Below are positions 1 through 7,940 of a stretch of DNA of 15,259 nucleotides, one piece after another. Where the stretch lies: positions 1-15,259 of the forward strand of contig JBDREN010000175.1 in NCBI GenBank assembly GCA_043819795.1, read 5' to 3'. Within the stretch, counting starts at the first letter, position 1. Every line of letters begins with the position of its first letter. The position numbers were made by a program, and so were the translations under genes. The notes under the pieces were generated by a model that made no database searches, was not told the DNA's origin, and worked only from the letters and a program-made list of their open reading frames with translations. This stretch comes from Elusimicrobiota bacterium. Lineage in GTDB: Bacteria; Elusimicrobiota; Elusimicrobia; UBA1565.

Positions 1-50
1 CGACCTCAAGGTTATGAGCCTTGCGAGCTACCAGGCTGCTCCACCCCGCA
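1..50 (-). tRNA. tRNA-Met(CAT), initiator (fMet) type; 3' end lies outside the window
   Basis: The reverse complement reads TGCGGGGTGGAGCAGCCTGGTAGCTCGCAAGGCTCATAACCTTGAGGTCG. This is the typical fMet 5' half and D arm, with anticodon arm CAAGG-CTCATAA-CCTTG. Confidence 0.95.
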
Positions 51-55
51 GAGAT

Positions 56-84
56 AGGGTAGCAGATGCTGGCCCGAATTTCAA
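56..84 (-). promoter_or_regulatory. sigma70-type promoter for the tRNA
   Basis: Minus strand TTGAAA (84-79), 17 bp, TACCCT (61-56) preceded by TGn (extended -10); ends 5 nt before the tRNA 5' end. Confidence 0.6.
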
Positions 85-163
85 GTCCTGTCCTCCGACG
101 AGAAAGCGATTTTGAGGGGTGCGCTGCGAGTTCGCAAGGTCAGTCGAAAACCTGGAGGCGAAC

Positions 164-1074
164 ATGCGCAGATTATGGACCCGGTATCCCGGCGCCAGAG
201 GCGTCTCGAGCTACCCGCAAGCCGTGGAGCTCTTCCTGCTGCGGTGCAGGTCCAAGAACCTCTCCCAGCACAGCCTGGCGACATGGAGGACGTCTCGCCG
301 GGGCACATCCGGGCCTACCTGAGCGAGGAGAAGAAGCGGGGGATTTCCGCGGAGACGATCCACCGGAGCTACGGCGGCCTGCGGTGTTTCTTTAAGTTCC
401 TCCAACGAGACGGAATCATCTCGCGCAATCCCATGGAGCTGGTGGAGAAGCCGAGGAGGGAGCGCCGGTTGATCCGGCCCATGGACCCGGAGCAGGTGCG
501 GGCCCTGCTGGCCCAACCCGATCCCAAGACGTTTCTGGGCCTCCGAAACAAGGTCATGATGCTCCTGATGTTGGACTCCGGGCTCAGACTCTCGGAGGTG
601 TTGGGCATCCGACTATGCCATGTGGACATTAACGGTGGCGGCGTGGTGGTGATGGGCAAGGGCAGAAAGGAGAGGAGCGTCCCGTTTGCGGAAACCCTGC
701 GCCGAGCGCTGAGGTCCTATCTAGGGAAACGCGCCAAGCTCCGGGCTGGAGGCGACCTGCTGTTCGTGAGCCGCAAGGGCCGCCGGCTGACGGGCCGCCA
801 CGTGCAGATCATCGTCCGGCGGTACGGTAGGCAGGCCGGCATCGAGGGCGTCCGTCTCTCGCCGCACACGCTGCGCCACACCTTCGCGACGCAGTACATC
901 CGGAACGGTGGGGACCCCTTCAGCCTCCAGGCCATCCTGGGGCATTCGACCTTGGAGATGGTCCGCAACTACGTGAACCTCGCCAGCCGCGACATCATGG
1001 TGCAGCACAAGAAATTCTCGCCTCTGGACTGTCTGTTTGCCGGGAGGCAGCCCGGTTTATTGGGGGAGTTGTAG
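164..1074 (+). pseudogene. Tyrosine recombinase/integrase (XerC/D-like), frameshifted near 280; catalytic domain intact
   Basis: Frame of ORF 112..1074 carries SGLRLSE (R), GKGRKER (K), HTLRH, LGHS and VRNY (Y). The plausible N-terminus (GGAGG 154-158, ATG 164, ...QAVELFLLRCRSKNLSQHSLA) is in another frame and joins ...DMEDVSPGHIRAYL around 278-283. Confidence 0.8.
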
Positions 1075-1106
1075 ACTTCGCTGAAGAGGTAGGTGGCTGC
1101 TGGAAT

Positions 1107-1129
1107 TAGATGTTTACAAATATGTAAAC
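1107..1129. promoter_or_regulatory. Operator inverted repeat 1 (GTTTAC-N6-GTAAAC), overlapping the -35
   Basis: TAGATGTTTAC-AAATAT-GTAAAC; a second copy lies 76 bp downstream. Confidence 0.8.
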
Positions 1130-1141
1130 GACTGTTATACT
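1113..1141 (+). promoter_or_regulatory. sigma70 promoter of the TA operon
   Basis: TTTACA (1113-1118), 17 bp, TATACT (1136-1141), with TG at the extended -10 position; AT-rich intergenic stretch. Confidence 0.75.
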
Positions 1142-1182
1142 TAGAGAAGCATCGGCGTGATGCATATTCAACGGAACTAGAA

Positions 1183-1207
1183 TAGATGTTTACTGTGTTG
1201 TAAACAT
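1183..1207. promoter_or_regulatory. Operator inverted repeat 2, overlapping the antitoxin start codon
   Basis: TAGATGTTTAC-TGTGTT-GTAAACAT; same arms and 6-bp spacer as repeat 1. Confidence 0.8.
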
Positions 1208-1901
1208 GGCTTCGGCTCAAGCGGCGCAAGAGCGCAATCCCTTCTCGGACGCGGCCTCGCAGGTGCTGCGGGCCGCGCTTTCGGACCCGCTCAAAGCCTG
1301 GGGCGTTCGAGAGTTGGCCCGCCTGGCGGGAGTCAGTCCCGCCTTGGTGGTACTCGTCCTCAACCGGCTGGAGCGTCTCGGACATGTGTCGCGGGAGCGC
1401 GATGCCCAGGCCAGGGTGCTGGACCCCGGCCGCTTGGTCCGGGACTGGGCCGCATGGTACGCGGTCAAGCCTCTCAAGGACTACCGCTACGCCCTTCAAG
1501 AACGGGGCGATTCGGCGATGGTTATGGACCTGCTGCGAAAGCATAGAGGGAGCCTGCCGGGCAGATGGGGCCTGACCTCCATGGCAGGGGCCTCCCTAGC
1601 GTCTCCTCATTCCAACTTCCGGGAGGTGCATGTCCATCTTCCCCAGGCCGAGCGCGTGCAGCAATCCTGGCGGGATGTCTTGGGATTGGTCCCCGACAAG
1701 CTGGGCCCTGTCCATCTGATCCTGCCCTATTACTCGCGGTCCGCGGCGGACGGGATCAGGGATGTCGACGAGTTGCCCGTTGTCTCGGACCTTCAGTTGT
1801 TCCTGGACTGCTACCGCTATCCTGTGAGAGGGCGGGAGCAGGCGGAGCATATCCTCAAGTCCCTGCTTGCCAGGGGGTGGAAGAATGCCGGCCAATCCTG
1901 A
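1206..1901 (+). CDS. AbiEi-family (type IV TA) antitoxin / transcriptional regulator
   Basis: N-terminal winged HTH (WGVRELARLAGVSPALVVLVLNRLERLGHV) and C-terminal VVSDLQLFLDCYRYPVRGREQAEHIL, typical of AbiEi_2-like proteins; upstream of a nucleotidyltransferase. Confidence 0.85.
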   Translation: MASAQAAQERNPFSDAASQVLRAALSDPLKAWGVRELARLAGVSPALVVLVLNRLERLGHVSRERDAQARVLDPGRLVRDWAAWYAVKPLKDYRYALQERGDSAMVMDLLRKHRGSLPGRWGLTSMAGASLASPHSNFREVHVHLPQAERVQQSWRDVLGLVPDKLGPVHLILPYYSRSAADGIRDVDELPVVSDLQLFLDCYRYPVRGREQAEHILKSLLARGWKNAGQS

Positions 1902-2727
1902 TCACGGCACGGTGGGGAAAGTGCTCTTCACTGCGCTGGACGCGCTTCGACCGTATTTGTCGGACCTTGTCCTCGTGGGAGGCTGGGTGCCTCAGGTCTA
2001 CGCTTGGGCCGAAGACGCCGAGCCGGTGGCGGTCCTCTCCTTCGATGTTGACGCGGCGGTCCCCGGCTCCGTCCCGGTCCGGGGCGGCAAGAGCATCTCT
2101 GAGGTCCTTCGAGGGGCCGGATTTGAGCAGCGGACCACCGACACGGCCTTTGTCTTTGGGACGCCCGGCGCGGGGAAGGCCCCGGTAGTCACGGAGTTCG
2201 CTTACCTCAAGGGCAATCTGGATGTCCCTATCGAGATTATCGCCCCGCTCAAGGGGCGCGGCGAGGTCGCGGGGGTCGCGGTTCAGAAGGGGCTCGTCGT
2301 GCCGGCGCTCCGGTTCACAGACATTCTACTCGCCCATACCCGGAAGGTTACGGTCCGCGGCGAGACCCTGGAGGGAAAGCGACGCAGGTTGTCGCTCCGC
2401 GTGCCGACCCTCGCGGCGTTCGTCTTCGCTCGGGGCTTGATCTTCCCTCGCCGGCGGGAACTGGAGAAGAGGGGGAAGGACCTCGCATACATCTATGAGG
2501 TCCTCAAGAGGCCCGATTGGCGCCAGCAGGTCGCGGATGGGCTGCCGAGGATCGCAAAGGAGCATCCAGCGAACTGGCACCGGACCTTCCGCCGCAATCT
2601 GAACGAGGCCTTCAAGACGCAGGGGAGCCGGGGGCCGGCGTGGGTCGCGCTGCAGTATCCGAACCGGCCAGCCGATGAGGTCCGGAAGGAATCTTTCGCG
2701 ACGTTTCGGGCTTTTCTTGATGAGTAG
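1885..2727 (+). CDS. Nucleotidyltransferase-fold toxin (AbiEii/GSU2403-like)
   Basis: Pol-beta superfamily motifs LVLVGGW...SFDVD and C-terminal KRGKDLAYIYEVL; ATG 1885 overlaps the antitoxin 3' end by 17 nt. Confidence 0.8.
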   Translation: MPANPDHGTVGKVLFTALDALRPYLSDLVLVGGWVPQVYAWAEDAEPVAVLSFDVDAAVPGSVPVRGGKSISEVLRGAGFEQRTTDTAFVFGTPGAGKAPVVTEFAYLKGNLDVPIEIIAPLKGRGEVAGVAVQKGLVVPALRFTDILLAHTRKVTVRGETLEGKRRRLSLRVPTLAAFVFARGLIFPRRRELEKRGKDLAYIYEVLKRPDWRQQVADGLPRIAKEHPANWHRTFRRNLNEAFKTQGSRGPAWVALQYPNRPADEVRKESFATFRAFLDE

Positions 2728-3418
2728 CTTCAAACGGTATATCGGGATCGACTACTCGGGAGCCGAGACTCCCACCAGCCGCCTGAGGGGAATCCGGGTG
2801 TTCTCGGCGACACAGTCGGATGAGCCCCGGGAACAGAATACCTCTGCAGGCCTGGGAACGGCGGCCAGGCACATGCGATGGAATTGGACCCGCAAAGAGC
2901 TCGCCTACTGGCTGGCGGAGCAGTTGAGCGGTCCTGAGGCCGTCATTGTCGGCATCGACCATGGATTCTCCTTCCCGGATGCTTACTTCCGGCGCTACGG
3001 ACTCAAGACTTGGGACGAGTTCATCGAGGACTTCTGCAAGCACTGGCCGACCGACTCGGATCACACCTATGTCGATGACATCCGCGAGGCGGGCTCCGAG
3101 CGGACGGGTAGTATGCGAGAGTTCCGTTTGAGTGAGAAGAGGGCCAAAGGAGTCCAGAGCGTCTTCAAGTTCGACGGGCAGGGCACCGTCGGAATATCGA
3201 CCCACTCGGGCATCCCGTGGCTGAGGTTCCTGCGTCGTCATGAGACCCTTTCCGGGACCGCGAGGACATCAGGTATCTTTCGGAGCAGTGCGGCGCCGAT
3301 CCCGCGAAGCTGGCCTCGCACTACGAATCGGCGCGGGCCTACTATGTCGGGAATCTGCCGACGCTGGGCGCGACATTCAACATCATTCTTCGGGAGCACT
3401 TCGACCGAGGGCCGCTGA
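2720..3418 (+). pseudogene. DUF429-like RNase H-fold predicted nuclease, probably truncated at ~3240
   Basis: YIGIDYSGA and VIVGIDHGFSFP motifs; ATG 2720 overlaps the toxin stop. After GIPWLRFLRRH the translation loses family character and the expected E-x-Y-P / D-x-x-D-A C-terminal motifs are absent. Confidence 0.65.
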
Positions 3419-3447
3419 AGCTCCGGGCCACCGGATCGGGGCATTGA
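3244..3447 (+). pseudogene. C-terminal remnant of a second nucleotidyltransferase (DUF6036/AbiEii-like)
   Basis: Start-less frame not in the ORF track: DPFRDREDIRYLSEQCGADPAKLASHYESARAYYVGNLPTLGATFNIILREHFDRGPLKLRATGSGH*. RDxEDIxxL matches the (K/R)DxxD motif of these toxins. Confidence 0.55.
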
Positions 3448-3472
3448 CACCGTCCTACAGTTCACCTATTAT
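3444..3472 (+). promoter_or_regulatory. Near-consensus sigma70 promoter, probably giving a leaderless mRNA
   Basis: TTGACA (3444-3449), 17 bp, TATTAT (3467-3472); ATG at 3481 follows after 8 nt with no Shine-Dalgarno. Confidence 0.75.
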
Positions 3473-3480
3473 TCTTCCTC

Positions 3481-4401
3481 ATGGCGCGACGAACCATGCC
3501 CGTCTGGCAGTCGGTCCCCCTCTGGGCGCTGCTGACCTCGCTCGGCTTTTTCGCCTCCTTCCTGCCGCGCTCCGTCGAGCTATTCTTCGGCCCCTTCCTC
3601 GGGCGCCTGGCGCTGTCGTTCGCGGTCAATCGACGGCGCACCGCCGAGGAAAATATACGCCGGTGTCTTCCGGAACTGAGCGAGGAAGAGCGGCGGGAGC
3701 TCCTCAGGAAGAATTGCGAGCATTGGGGGATGATCGGTTTCGAGTTCATGCACCTGTTCTCGCCTTTCCCGGGACATTTCAACCGCTACGTGAAGAAGAT
3801 CTCCGTGGTGCACGATTTTGAACACTGGCGGAAGGCCCATGACAAGGGGAAGGGCACGATCATCGTCGGCTGCCACGCCGGCAACTGGGAAGTGGCCTCG
3901 GGCGCCGGGTGCCTGGCGGGAATGCCCTTCATGATCGTCACTCGGACCCTCACCCCGGAGTGGCTCATGAAAAAAATCGAGTCCTCCCGCCTGCAGAACG
4001 GCCTGCGCGCCCTCTACCAGCCGCGCACCTTGCCGGGGTTACTCCGCGCCTTGCGGAAGGGGGAGAGCGTGGGCTTCGTCATCGACCAATACGCGCCTCC
4101 GCCGATGGGCGTCAAAGCGCGCTTCTTCGGCTACAACGTGGACACCCTCGGGGCGATCGGACCCCTCGCGCAGCGCACGGGAGCGGCCGTGGTCCCGACC
4201 TACAATATCCGGGACGAGAAGGGGATCTTCCATGTATACCTGGAGCCGGAGATCGATTTCGGCGACGCGGCGGCGGACCAGCGGAAGACCACGCAGATCC
4301 TGGCCGATATGGTCGAGACGCAGGTGCGAAGGAACCCGGCTCAATGGCTTTGGGGCCACCGCCGCTTCAAGAACGTCGATTTCTCGGATAGAAAGACCTA
4401 G
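3481..4401 (+). CDS. Lysophospholipid / lipid A biosynthesis acyltransferase (LpxL/HtrB family)
   Basis: HxxxxE motif GCHAGNWE, FVIDQ, FFG and C-terminal PAQWLWGHRRFK. Confidence 0.9.
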   Translation: MARRTMPVWQSVPLWALLTSLGFFASFLPRSVELFFGPFLGRLALSFAVNRRRTAEENIRRCLPELSEEERRELLRKNCEHWGMIGFEFMHLFSPFPGHFNRYVKKISVVHDFEHWRKAHDKGKGTIIVGCHAGNWEVASGAGCLAGMPFMIVTRTLTPEWLMKKIESSRLQNGLRALYQPRTLPGLLRALRKGESVGFVIDQYAPPPMGVKARFFGYNVDTLGAIGPLAQRTGAAVVPTYNIRDEKGIFHVYLEPEIDFGDAAADQRKTTQILADMVETQVRRNPAQWLWGHRRFKNVDFSDRKT

Positions 4402-4537
4402 CGTGCTCGGAACCTGCGGGCGCTTGAGCGCCGGCGCCGGTCCGGGAGCCCCAAATACAGACCGGCCGCGGCGCTGACCGGCGACGCGGACATCAACGGA
4501 TCCATCCAGGACATCGGGGAAACGACGGGGAGCTTCT

Positions 4538-5224
4538 TTACGAGCGTTCGCGCCGGCCGAGCCAGATCACGTGATCGCAGTCGTGGGGCTCGATGGGCAC
4601 GCGTACTTGGCGCACGCCGCGGAAGCTCAGCTTTTTGAGACGCATGTAAAAGGCGGGATCGCGGAACGTCGACCACACGGCCAGGATGCCGCCGGGCTTG
4701 AGCGCCGTGTAGGCGGATCCAAGCCCTTCCTCGGTGTAGAGCCAATCGTTGCCGCCGCGCGTCAACCCCTCCGGCCCGTTGTCGACATCGAGCAGGATCG
4801 CGTCGTACTCCTCGAGATCCGTCTGGAGCAGCCGCCCGACGTCTATCCGCTGGACGCGCACGCGCTCATCGTCGAGCGGATGCCCGGCCAAATGCGCCAA
4901 CGGCCCGCGGTTCCAGGCGACGACCTCGGGGACCAATTCGGCGACGCACACGCGTCCGCCCTCGGGAAGGCAGCGAAGCGCCGCGGCCAGCGTATACCCC
5001 ATGCCGAGACCGCCGATCAAGACATGCGGCCGGGCATTGAGCTCCGGGTCTTCGAGCGCCAAGCGCGCGAGCTCGTCCTCGGACACGTGCGAGTGGCTGC
5101 TCATGAGCTCGGTGTCCTCGATCCAGATGGAGAACTCCTCGCGGCGCTTATACAGCGTCAGCTTGCCGCCGCCGCTGGGCACGCGCGTCGTCTCGACGGT
5201 ATCCCAATCGGTCATCATCCCCAT
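4538..5224 (-). CDS. Spermidine-synthase-like class I SAM-dependent methyltransferase
   Basis: ELMSS...SEDELA, VLIGGLGMGYTL (SAM-binding), AELVPEVVAWN, YDAILLDVDNGP. The start could be any of the clustered ATGs at 5224/5218/5215. Confidence 0.85.
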   Translation of the reverse strand: MGMMTDWDTVETTRVPSGGGKLTLYKRREEFSIWIEDTELMSSHSHVSEDELARLALEDPELNARPHVLIGGLGMGYTLAAALRCLPEGGRVCVAELVPEVVAWNRGPLAHLAGHPLDDERVRVQRIDVGRLLQTDLEEYDAILLDVDNGPEGLTRGGNDWLYTEEGLGSAYTALKPGGILAVWSTFRDPAFYMRLKKLSFRGVRQVRVPIEPHDCDHVIWLGRRERS

Positions 5225-5321
5225 CCAGCGACCGCGAAATCAAGAATAGGCGTGATGCAGGGCATGTTCCACGACACTATCTTACTATAGTTTCGCGAGC
5301 ATGCGCGACGGTCGCGAACTG

Positions 5322-5360
5322 GATGTGAAGACCGGGCTCGTCCCGGAGCTCGCCTATCCA
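5322..5360 (+). repeat. Imperfect direct repeat, left copy (partner at 9435-9471)
   Basis: GATGTGAAGACCGGGCTCGTCCCGGAGCTCGCCTATCCA versus GATCTGAAG---GGACTCGTCCCGGGACTCGCCAATACCA; the 21-nt core is 18/21 identical. Confidence 0.45.
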
Positions 5361-5409
5361 CGCGCTGCCAAGCAGTCCGTGGGGAGAGTTTTTCGGATGG
5401 CAAAATCGC

Positions 5410-5438
5410 TTGACGTCGCCCATATTGAAGTCTACACT
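5410..5438 (+). promoter_or_regulatory. sigma70 promoter of the caspase operon
   Basis: TTGACG (5410-5415), 17 bp, TACACT (5433-5438). Confidence 0.7.
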
Positions 5439-5525
5439 AGCGATGTCGGCTGATAATTCCGGTCGCTTCCTGCCGGTTGCTTTGCGGAATACTCGATCCC
5501 GGCAGTGACGCTTGGAGGACCTATT

Positions 5526-6437
5526 ATGAAGAAGACTGGCCCAGTCGTTTCCGTCCTTGCCGCCTTCATCTTGTCGAGCTGCACCGCTCCCCCTCCACAA
5601 AGAGATCCTTTCGCGAGCTTTAAGATGTCCAGTACCCCTCAGGGGGGTACCAAGATCTTTGTTTCTGATGTGGACACGCCGTCCTATAAAGCGAAAGAGA
5701 ATCCCGACAACTTCGCACTGGTCATCGGCATAGAGAAGTATATGGGCATCCCTGACGCCCAGTTCGCGGAGCGGGATGCCGCTACGATGCTTCAGCACCT
5801 GATCGCCTTGGGGTATCCTGAACGCAATATCATCCACCTTTCCGGCAATCAGGCTGGCCGGGCCGGTATGGAGAAATACGTCGAGTCGTGGCTTCCGCTT
5901 AACGTCAATGAGAGATCCAGGGTATTCTTTTACTTCTCCGGGCACGGCGCGCCTGGGGTCACCTCTAGGGAAGCCTACCTGGTGCCATGGGACGGCGATA
6001 TGCAGTTCTTGGAGAATACCGGTTATTCCGTCAAGAAGCTCTACAAGCAGTTAGAATCGCTCAAGGCCAAGGAAGTGCTAGTGGCCATGGATTCCTGTTT
6101 CTCCGGCGCAGGCGGCCGCTCGGTCATCGCCAAGGGTATGAGGCCTCTAGTCATGAAGGTGGATACCGGGCTGTCTGAGGATTCCAAACTGCTCGTCTTC
6201 TCCGCCTCGGGACCAGAGGAGATAACCGGCACCGATGAGGCGCAGGGACACGGTCTGTTCACCTATTATTTCCTGAAGGCCCTCAATGATGGAAAAGGGA
6301 AGTTTTCCGTTAATGAGGTCTATGACTACCTTGTTCCCAAAGTGCGGAATGCGGCCCGGCGCCAGAACCGTGACCAAAGTCCGCGGTTACTGCCGGTGAA
6401 ACTCGGCAAGAAGGGCAAGCTGCATTTGGATAGATAG
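5526..6437 (+). CDS. Caspase-family (peptidase C14) lipoprotein
   Basis: GGAGG RBS then ATG 5526; signal peptide MKKTGPVVSVLAAFILSS-C (lipobox); FALVIGIEKY, FSGHG (His codon 5943), MDSCFSG (Cys codon 6096), HGLFTYY, QSPRL. Confidence 0.9.
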   Translation: MKKTGPVVSVLAAFILSSCTAPPPQRDPFASFKMSSTPQGGTKIFVSDVDTPSYKAKENPDNFALVIGIEKYMGIPDAQFAERDAATMLQHLIALGYPERNIIHLSGNQAGRAGMEKYVESWLPLNVNERSRVFFYFSGHGAPGVTSREAYLVPWDGDMQFLENTGYSVKKLYKQLESLKAKEVLVAMDSCFSGAGGRSVIAKGMRPLVMKVDTGLSEDSKLLVFSASGPEEITGTDEAQGHGLFTYYFLKALNDGKGKFSVNEVYDYLVPKVRNAARRQNRDQSPRLLPVKLGKKGKLHLDR

Positions 6438-6455
6438 GCCGTCCCAGGAGTGGGT

Positions 6456-7940
6456 ATGAAGAGAGTAAAGGGCATAATCGCGCTATGGCTGTCGTTCTCA
6501 TTAATCTGTTCTTGTGCGGGCCCTCCGGTGCGGCAGCTTCCTCAACGCGAAACGGCCTTGCCGACCAAAGACCTGGTCCTGGCGTTAGTCGTGACCGACA
6601 AGACGAAGTCTTCGCTTGAGAAGGTCCGGGCTTCCGCCGGGAAGGCGCTCATCAGATACGTCGGTGGGTTCGACCCCAACGCTCCGTTCAAGGTGGTGAA
6701 CTCCAGGCTGCGGGATGCGTTCGATTCAGTTGTGATGGTGGCGTCGGTCGAGCAGGCCAAGTCGGAGGAGGCGGACCTTATCGGAATCCTGGATATGGAT
6801 GCCAGACTCAAGCCGCTCAGCATGGGAAAGCTGATCCTTGGGGTCACCGTCTTGTTATTCTTCTACTTTCCTCTTGGGCAGTACATCAATCCGACTTTGG
6901 CGAAGTTCGACGGTACCCTCAGGTTTACGGACCTCGACCAGAAGCAGTTGGAGCTAATCGAATTCCATGCCTTGAGGAAGACCGGGATGAACGATCCCAA
7001 TGACATCTGGCGCCGGGCCGTCGCCGACATCGAATATCAGATCGATGCTGCGCTGGCTAGGTCACGGCCTCTCGCCGAGTTCGCTGCCGAGTCGCTGGAG
7101 GTGGAAGGGGCGAATGAGGGGGAGGAAAGTCCAACGAGGGAGGCTCCCGGCACTGGAGAGATAGCGCGGCTCTCCGATGTCGATGGTCCCAGCTACCGCT
7201 CCGCCTCCCGGCCCGACGATTTCGCCTTGGTCATCGGCATCGAGAAGTACTCGCACGTTTCAGACGCCCGGTTCGCGGCCCGGGATGCTCAAGCCATGCG
7301 TGAGCATCTGGTGGCTTTGGGCTATCCAGAGCGCAACATCATCCTGCTGACCGGCGAGAGGGCCGGGCGATCCGGCATTGAAAAATACGTAATATCCTGG
7401 CTCCCCCGCAACGTTACGAAGGACTCGAGAGTGTTCGTCTATTTCGCCGGCCACGGGGCGCCGGATGCGGGCACGAAACAGGCCTTTCTGCTCCCCTGGG
7501 ATGGGGACCCGCAGTTCCTGGACAAGACAGGTTATCCGCTCAAGAGGCTTTTTGCTCAGTTGAACCGACTCCAAGCGAAGAACGTGGTCTTGGCCATGGA
7601 CACTTGCTTCTCGGGCGCTGGCGGGCGGTCAGTCCTGCCCACGGGGGCTCGGCCGCTGATGATGGAGGTCGCAGGGGACGCTGTTCCCGACGGAAAGATC
7701 GTCGTGATGCGGGCCGCCGCGGACAACGAGATCACCGACGTTCTGGAGGCTCAATCGCATGGAGTCTTCACCTACTATCTGCTGAGGGCTCTTAACGATA
7801 TGCATGGACGTGCCTCGGTCATGCAGGTGCATGAGAGTCTCCTGCCCCGGGTGCAAGATGCCGCCAGGCGTTCGAACCGGACGCAAAACCCAAGACTGTC
7901 GCCGTCCGCCAATGGGTCTCGGGCCGAGGAGCAGATTTGA
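6456..7940 (+). CDS. Caspase-family (peptidase C14) lipoprotein with an uncharacterised N-terminal domain
   Basis: AGGAG RBS then ATG 6456; MKRVKGIIALWLSFSLICS-C lipobox; C-terminal FALVIGIEKY, FAGHG, MDTCFSG, HGVFTYY, QNPRL. Confidence 0.9.
   Translation: MKRVKGIIALWLSFSLICSCAGPPVRQLPQRETALPTKDLVLALVVTDKTKSSLEKVRASAGKALIRYVGGFDPNAPFKVVNSRLRDAFDSVVMVASVEQAKSEEADLIGILDMDARLKPLSMGKLILGVTVLLFFYFPLGQYINPTLAKFDGTLRFTDLDQKQLELIEFHALRKTGMNDPNDIWRRAVADIEYQIDAALARSRPLAEFAAESLEVEGANEGEESPTREAPGTGEIARLSDVDGPSYRSASRPDDFALVIGIEKYSHVSDARFAARDAQAMREHLVALGYPERNIILLTGERAGRSGIEKYVISWLPRNVTKDSRVFVYFAGHGAPDAGTKQAFLLPWDGDPQFLDKTGYPLKRLFAQLNRLQAKNVVLAMDTCFSGAGGRSVLPTGARPLMMEVAGDAVPDGKIVVMRAAADNEITDVLEAQSHGVFTYYLLRALNDMHGRASVMQVHESLLPRVQDAARRSNRTQNPRLSPSANGSRAEEQI

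Noticed and set aside
80..97. TTCAAGTCCTGTCCTCCG resembles a tRNA 3' end and could be an att core next to the integrase
   Set aside because: No second copy was seen in the window, and it overlaps the -35 (TTGAAA) of the tRNA promoter, which explains part of it. Not excluded if a matching tRNA exists elsewhere.
112..282. N-terminal 57 codons of the ORF-track integrase
   Set aside because: No RBS and no integrase character; the credible N-terminus is in another frame from ATG 164.
4402..4537. Intergenic stretch that reads like coding sequence (AALTGDADINGSIQDIGETTGSFF)
   Set aside because: No start codon and no recognisable family.
4571..5290. 239-aa plus-strand ORF and similar overlapping ORFs (7775..8710, 11179..11871, 11412..12092, 13233..13952, 2612..3241)
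   Set aside because: Shadow frames of well-supported genes, with no recognisable motifs.
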